A DNA stretch of 64,000 bases from Paragordius varius (taxonomy: Eukaryota; Animalia; Nematomorpha): assembly GCA_964247055.1 (NCBI GenBank), contig OZ176053.1, forward strand, positions 6,634,001-6,698,000, in the 5' to 3' direction. This document shows, in pieces, positions 59,001 through 64,000 of this stretch (its first letter is position 1; every line of letters begins with the position of its first letter). A model generated the notes under the pieces. That model saw nothing but the letters and a program-made list of their open reading frames with translations, made no database searches and was not told the origin of the DNA. Both the position numbers and the translations under genes were made by a program.

Positions 59001-62000
59001 TAATTCATACTTATTAAAGGCATGGTGAAAATGGTATTAAAAAACACTTTTTCTATATGATTCGACTAAGTATTTTTATCACCTAAGAATTTTAATCAAA
59101 ATTTGTTGCCCTTAAATTTTTACAAAAATTTTCTAAAATTAAAAACAAACAAACCTTTATATAGAATTTTGAGATGATAGAAATTGTGATCGAATTATAT
59201 GGAAGTGTTTATAAAATACCTTAACTTAAAGTGTTTTTATACTGTTTCCACCATGCTTAAAAATATCATAAAACTCGTTTCAGCTAAATTTTGCAATAAA
59301 TTAAATTTTTAAAGCATAATATCCCTTTTCCGGAAAATTTATTTTGTGTCAAATAGCAAATTTTTTATCGTTCAATCTCGGCCCTTTCGCCTTTTATATG
59401 GCTCATTTAAAACCGTCTAAATTGAGATTTTTGGAGCTCACGGCCAAAGTTCAAAAATTTAATGTTGCTTTGCCTTTTTATGTATTTTATTATTAAAAAT
59501 GTTTATGTAGGTTTTAAAATAAAAATTTGAACAAGTATCTTTATCCGAAATATTTGGTTTTAATTCCTAATATATAATTCGCATAAAAGGCATTTTATTA
59601 TGATCAATAAAAGATGAAAAAATAAAAAAAGTATACTTTTAAATATTTAATTCCATTTAATAAATCAAAGCTAAAATCTATATTTAAGTATAATATTTAA
59701 TTCGCTATATATTTTACTCTAAAAGCTTATATATTTGTCCATATCAATACCGAACGGGTTACTCACAAGCATATGGGTGCAAATAACTAAGTCAGTACAA
59801 AACTGATGCTTTATAATTTTTTTAAAATGCTTTTGTGTATTAATTTGATTTTTGCATTTCAAACGCTATACTTTATAAAGATTGTTGAATACAAGCTTAG
59901 AATTTATGTGTTTAACTATTATATATTGATTAGCAGCAGATATACAAAATAGCAAATCCTTATAATCAGTTCTGTCACGGTGCTGATTATGAGCTTCTGA
60001 TAATCTTACACACTGTCCACAAAAAATATCCTGATGAAATAATTATTTTGATACATAAATATATCAATATTATCAGGATGCTTTTGGTTTTGGCTCTTAC
60101 GAGTAACACATTTTTTATGTAACTTTTTTTGGTAGGTAAATGCGTTATTCCAAAAAATACTAAAATAGATCATAAACTAATATAAAAAGAAAAACAATAT
60201 TTTTTAAAAAATAATTTTTAGATTTGGGCTCTTAAAGTCCAAAGTCTTTTTGCTCTTTAATGGGATAAATGCTAAAAAAAATGTCGAGATTGCGTAATAA
60301 TTTTAAATATATGCTAAATTTCAATATCAATAATATTTTATAAAAGGTATACTTTTTTCAAAATAAAATTTTTAGCAAAATTTTGTTGGCCTACTTTATG
60401 CTATTTTGCATAATGGTAACGTATAAAAACGTTTATTTTAATATGATTTAAGAATTTTGAACAGTTCTATCACCTCAGAATTTTAATCAATTTATGTTAA
60501 ATATAGATTGTATATTTTTCACAAAATTTCACAATATAAAAGCAAATAAACCTTAATTAAAATTCTGAAGCAATAGAAATGTTCAGCATCATCGAATTAT
60601 ATAGAAAAAGATTTTTCATAATGTATTAAAGTGTGTTTATACCATTTCATAGTTTCTTAGTATCGTATGAAGTACGCTTCAACAAAATTTCGCTCAAAAT
60701 TTTTGAAATAAGTATATATTTTTAAATAAGAAATTTGCTCTAAAATTGCAATCTCGCATTTGCATTATTGCGTTAATTTTAATGGAACGAACCCTATAAG
60801 AGCAAAAAAATTGAGACTAGGTGACAAATTAAAATCTATAAATATTTTACATTTTAAATGTAGTTTATGATTTTTATTGGAATTAAGTATTTATCTTTCA
60901 TTAAAATAAATTTTATATAAAAAATGAGAGCAAATATCGCTTTCTGATATACATTACTTACCACTAAGGTATAACTCTCTTAAATCACACTAAAGGGCCA
61001 AAAAAGCACCATGTTGACAGATTTTCCTATCAATACATATATATACTGTGTGCAAAAAAAGGGTTGATTTAACGAAAGAATTTTTTTTCATGAGATAGCT
61101 TATGACCAGCGTATTTATTTGCCGCAAAAATTTTTATGTAGTTTTTATTGAGAGAAAATCGAAATCGGCAAAAAGTGAAAATTAATGATAATTAAGAATA
61201 ATTTAAAAAATAATGATAAAATTTGAAATATTATGGTTTATTATCATTTTAGGAGATATTTTCAATATAACCTAATATCATATTAGGGTTTCTATAAAAT
61301 TTCAGGTCAAAAGATGGCGTTTTTCTTTTATCACACTTAAAAGACAAAAAAAATGAATTAAACATTATAATTTTATTGGATTATTTACTACTTAAACTCA
61401 CTATTAAAATCTTAACATTCATATATTCAGGAAAATTAACTTCTATATCAAAATAAAACCAAAAATATTGTTTTTTATTTTTGCATTTTTTTGTCATCTG
61501 GTTTATGAGTATATAAAAAATTTGTACTGTTATGTAAATGAGTGGGAATTATAAAATATATAATTTATGCAAAATAAGATTTAAAAATAGTGGAATATTA
61601 ACCAAGAATCCTTACAATTTCCTGTAACATGTCTGTTTTATGACAAATTAATATTTCTATTAGGATTTACACAGATTGTTGGTAGATATTCAACTAATTT
61701 TCAATCCTATTTTGCATATATTATATACTTAATAATTCCCACTCATTTAAGAATCCAAAATAAAACAGTATAAATTTTTATACACTCATAAACCAGATGA
61801 CAAAAATTGCAAAAATAAAATCAATATTTTTGGTTTTATTTTATTAAGTTTATTTTGCTGAATAAATATGAATATTAAGATTTTAATAGTGAGTTTAGGT
61901 AGTAAATAATTAAAAAAAATTATTTTAATATAGTTTAATTAAATTATTTTGTTTTTTAAGTGATAAAAACTTGAGATTTTATAGAAACACTAACTATATG

Positions 62001-63368
62001 ATTTTAGGCTATTTATATATTGAAAATATCGCCTAAAATGATAATAAACATTAATATTTCAGATTTTATCATTATTTTTTGAATTATCCTTAATTATCCT
62101 TAATTTTCACTTTTTGCCCGATTTCGATTTCTCTCAATATTTTAAAAGCTAGGTTGTCAACGAATAAAATTTTTGCGGAAAATGAATACGCTGGTCATAA
62201 GCTATCTCATGAAAAAAAAATTTTTCGTTAAAAATTTTTTTGCACACAGTGTATATATATATATCTAAGGATGGATGTTTTTATATAGCCCGATTTTGGA
62301 CGCAGTATTATGATAGGGGACATCTTTCAAAATATTTTTTTGTATATTTGAAAAACGAATGATTTATTTAAAATTTTAAAACATTTAAACAAATGATGCG
62401 TATAACCGATCCGACTTGTGGTCATTTAATACGATCATTTTCTTGACTTGGAAAATAATTTGGTTTTTGATTTATTCAACCTTTTGTCGGAGAATGAGTA
62501 CACAAATGGTTCACTAAAAATTTAAATGATTACATTTGTTTTTCATATCAAAGAAAATGCGTAAAAATGTTACTTTACTCTCATATCTGTGTATAATTTT
62601 TTTTATTTTGTTTAACACTTCATGTTTAACTTTTGTCTAGTTTTATATTTCAGAGCTCAATTTAGTAAATAAGCTAAGGTTTTGAAAATTGTTTTTGTTA
62701 AAATTTAATTAGCAATTGTTATTAGTATTGAAAAAAGCTAATATTTTTTACAGTTTTGAGACTTCTAGAATCTAAAATTGGAACTCTTTAAAACACGACA
62801 ATATCAAGTTTTTGCTAGTAAAATGTAGCCTAAAAGCTTTTTTTAGTTAATTATTTACATTTTCTAACCAAAATATAATATTAGCCCGTTGCATTAGCAA
62901 TTAAAAAAATTAAAGCAAAAATAGCGGCGAAAAACTTTGATCTGAGGATTTTTTTACAATTTTCATTTTTTTAAATTTGTCTAATGTGCCTTAAAGGCTA
63001 AAGTAGGCATATTATAAAATTCGGCAGTCTAATACCTTAAATTTTAAGATGATCAAATTTCAAATCGCTCTGGAATATTTAACTTCAAAAGGTCATGGAG
63101 TTTTAAAATTGGATTTTCAGCTAAATTTTTAACAGCGGATAATTTTCATAAGAATCGATGGTATTTTCTAAAAATGTTTGCAAAGTTGTTACAGATTAAA
63201 TTCTTTGAGCAGATATATAATTTACCTTTATATCAATAAAGCTGAAGAATTAATATTTATAGGTGTTACTGGCTTAGCAAATTTATGCAAAGTGGATGAA
63301 AGCTGTTTTTTAGTTCATCCGAAAGGCGCAGCTACAGCTCTAACAATAGCACATGAAATCGGACATTT
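47019..63368 (+). CDS. ADAMTS/reprolysin (M12B) metalloprotease-like gene, partial model; supported exons 47019-47147, 54043-54094, 55482-55591, 56004-56075, 58102-58127, 63263-63368, with missing exons and continuation beyond the window
   Basis: KFYIE...LETY, VNAFIRHPSIDNDISFVIV (ADAMTS HPSI motif), KWRE, and GVTGLANLCKVDESCFLVHPKGAATALTIAHEIGHL (HExGH zinc motif; third His not in window). The first exon is signal-peptide-like (MHVLINIFYDILVILCSVGSANS). The first two exons rest only on phase compatibility. Confidence 0.65.
48866..49181 (+). repeat. 5' LTR, 316 bp
   Basis: tgttatgtataataac...ccacttattaca; no difference from 53220-53535 found by eye; internal 55-bp-period duplication (48996/49051). 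Confidence 0.97.
49230..53204 (+). CDS. Gag-Pol polyprotein, 1324 aa from the first ATG
   Basis: Two zinc knuckles (CFKCGRAHKYGCC, CFKCQGRNHFGSQC), protease LFDTGAD, RT LDLKDAYLQ and YLDD, RNase H LETDAS/EKEA/TDHKPL, integrase HKGH...CSNC and LHLD/VTDN/GLVER. PR-RT-RH-IN order; no stops. Confidence 0.97.
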   Translation: MEKISIESYKINNNFTEYIKYLRRNLVIKGIQDNNENIKAIFLAQSGIDNISKMEQFFYPVNIENISWEEIYEAGVKIFQPTKNTFLSRFEFFRAERLAGEGFLEFFIRLKNMAAACEFKGNVDELIRDVFICGLKEKKLETELLNRYPKALDNDIPVGLNKVLNLALAYENSHLEGNSVRAIYNNESINNGNNNGITNGNNNETFNDGSINNNEIYLVRRKPVVKSCFKCGRAHKYGCCPAFGKVCFKCQGRNHFGSQCQNKYAGNNRYVNNIVNKPKINVKINSTHVEMLFDTGADISLINFSTWVKIGKPKIKPIYFNINTYDNNPLHIIGETTVTLELNKLKKITKCFITKRHLPLIFGMDWIQLFNISLPNELYINKLYHTNDIYNKFKSLFDNKLGCWKGEPIKIFLENNSRGRVFPARRVPLALQEKLSEEIKRLVSLKIIEPVDPKQSKICWSSPIVNVLKSNNELRICADFKVSINKYIKTPQYIIPTFDDLISKISHGKTFSTLDLKDAYLQIPVHPESQNLLTISTPLGFFKYTRLPFGLSCAPSFFQQIMDELLGDCKGTAVYLDDVIVTGETDEEHYRNLTQVFERLERMGLKLKKDKIKLFQQEVEYLGFTISEKSIKPACSKIKAIRECPAPKDKTSLRSFLGLLNFHSRFIPSLNTIVNELHQLAGSKKKWCWTEVHQNIFERAKLLIGNNSRLFPFNPRLPLILETDASGEGFGAILSHRTSEGKRPIAYFSKKCSPAEKNYSVIEKEAKAIVLALEKFKTFLYGRKFEIRTDHKPLIKLFGQQRVLSELNNSKLLRWISKTSIFDFNIMYYPGTENLADSLSRLPTEITEECDNDEDIAQEVRLLWCQELNLNKERVLKETMSDETCKQIKAARKTNDWSHPGVQSYKPLRNDIEESYGLLYLGDRLIVPQSMRVDVLNYLHKGHPGIQSMKALGKSGVFWPNMNQEIEKWVQGCSNCQKSRFNIAVSPTYKWNPNTTVWERLHLDIAGPVDNLYWVILIDHCTRWVEVAQLKTVNSISILKVLEGWFARYGTPEMIVTDNASYFKSGDFERILSSSNIKHVTSAPYHPRTNGLVERVIQTLKTHYYMCSEVADPERRLNQVLWAYRSAHHNGINETPARLFLKRNIPTPLSWMKGKPKDYIDGTSDIIREFVPGEKVFIKNELEAGWREGKVVERTGLLSYNIEDRGRVLRKHTDQLRRRKEGPDELKLDDPKELDKLDDPKELESEQQNNNDNIIATPLHGPPIDDNINNDDTNPSPDICQDFHNNQQSPNGDKIAEPPSFEVPVERRYPTRNRKAPDRYTNHF
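53220..53535 (+). repeat. 3' LTR, 316 bp
   Basis: Matches 48866-49181. Confidence 0.97.
61044..62251. mobile_element. 1.2-kb foldback element (TA-flanked, CACTG-type termini) with about 565-bp inverted arms
   Basis: ta|tactgtgtgcaaaaaaa ... ttttttgcacacagtg|ta. Arms 61044-61610 and 61674-62251 share long inverted words (catgagatagcttatgaccagcgtatt; ttgtcatctggtttatgagt; aatgagtgggaattat); spacer about 63 bp. Confidence 0.9.
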
Positions 63369-63520
63369 GTAATTATTACATAATATTAATTACAATATTT
63401 GTTAAATAAGCCAGTGCATATGCCTTACCGGTTTAACTATAGAAGACGAACGAAAAGTACGTGCTCATTAATTTGACACACCATATTGTTTATTTGATTT
63501 TGAATAACATAACACTCACA

Positions 63521-64000
63521 ATGAGTCCGAACACTAGCTTCTTGTCATTCAGTAATCGAATTTTGTAATTGTAAAAAAACATTTGTCGCACCCCTTGCTT
63601 TTCCTCGGAAGTAAAATACTGTTAAATGTCATTTTACCGACATATACGGAACAAGCAACATCGATCAAATCATGTGAAAATTTCGTAAATTTAAAAGATG
63701 AAATCTTGCAAAAGAGATCTTTGGCAGAAAACTAACATCCATGACGAAAAGCAATCAGACGCCTGATGGGAAAAAATCGCAAAATGATTTGTGAAACCTG
63801 ATCCAGGAAAGGGTATCATTTTTATGCCGAATCGTAACGAGTGATGAGAAGCGGCTTTATTTGGTTAATCCAAAGTGGGAAATATCGTGTGCACCTTACC
63901 AAGGTGATTCATCAACAGCCTAAATTGCTTTATCAAGACCATGTTCTATGTTTGGTAAGATCAAAGCAGCATTGTATATTATTAACTTTTAAACCGAGAT
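63521..64000 (+). pseudogene. Degenerate mariner (Mos1-like) transposase, running off the window end
   Basis: FLCRIVTSDEKRLYLVNPK at 63819 (first catalytic Asp motif, cf. RIVTGDEKW) and KTMFYVW*DQSSIVYY*LL (cf. KTMLCVWWDQSGVIYYELL); many stops and frameshifts. Confidence 0.85.

Noticed and set aside
1-64000. CRISPR array, rRNA, tRNA or other prokaryotic systems
   Set aside because: The DNA is intron-containing eukaryotic sequence; the tandem repeats lack unique spacers and no structural RNA gene was recognisable.

Overview
Eukaryotic, very AT-rich genomic DNA, most likely from an invertebrate animal (Mextli, ADAMTS-type protease, Mag-type Ty3/gypsy, mariner, hAT and Helitron elements). I could not name the species. 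Six host genes were reconstructed by hand-splicing: a CTD small phosphatase (5' partial), Mextli (19 exons), UNC119 (minus strand, 5 exons), NDRG (15 exons, with a 146-codon three-exon insertion), a GDAP1-like GST carrying a CxxC motif, and a partial ADAMTS/reprolysin metalloprotease. Introns and intergenic DNA are packed with transposons: an intact Ty3/gypsy element with apparently identical 316-bp LTRs, a degenerate full-length hAT, a Buster/Charlie transposase fragment split by a TTAA-flanked piggyBac-like array, two Helitrons, a mariner relic and several MITE/foldback families. The most striking signal is five GT-AG introns of only 22-26 nt in three genes. Each is required to restore the frame of a conserved domain, and they sit beside introns of hundreds to thousands of bases, which points to an animal spliceosome handling ultra-short introns in a genome that is not compact. 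No rRNA, tRNA or CRISPR array was seen. All coordinates and alignments were made by eye; comparisons to known proteins are from recall, not database searches.
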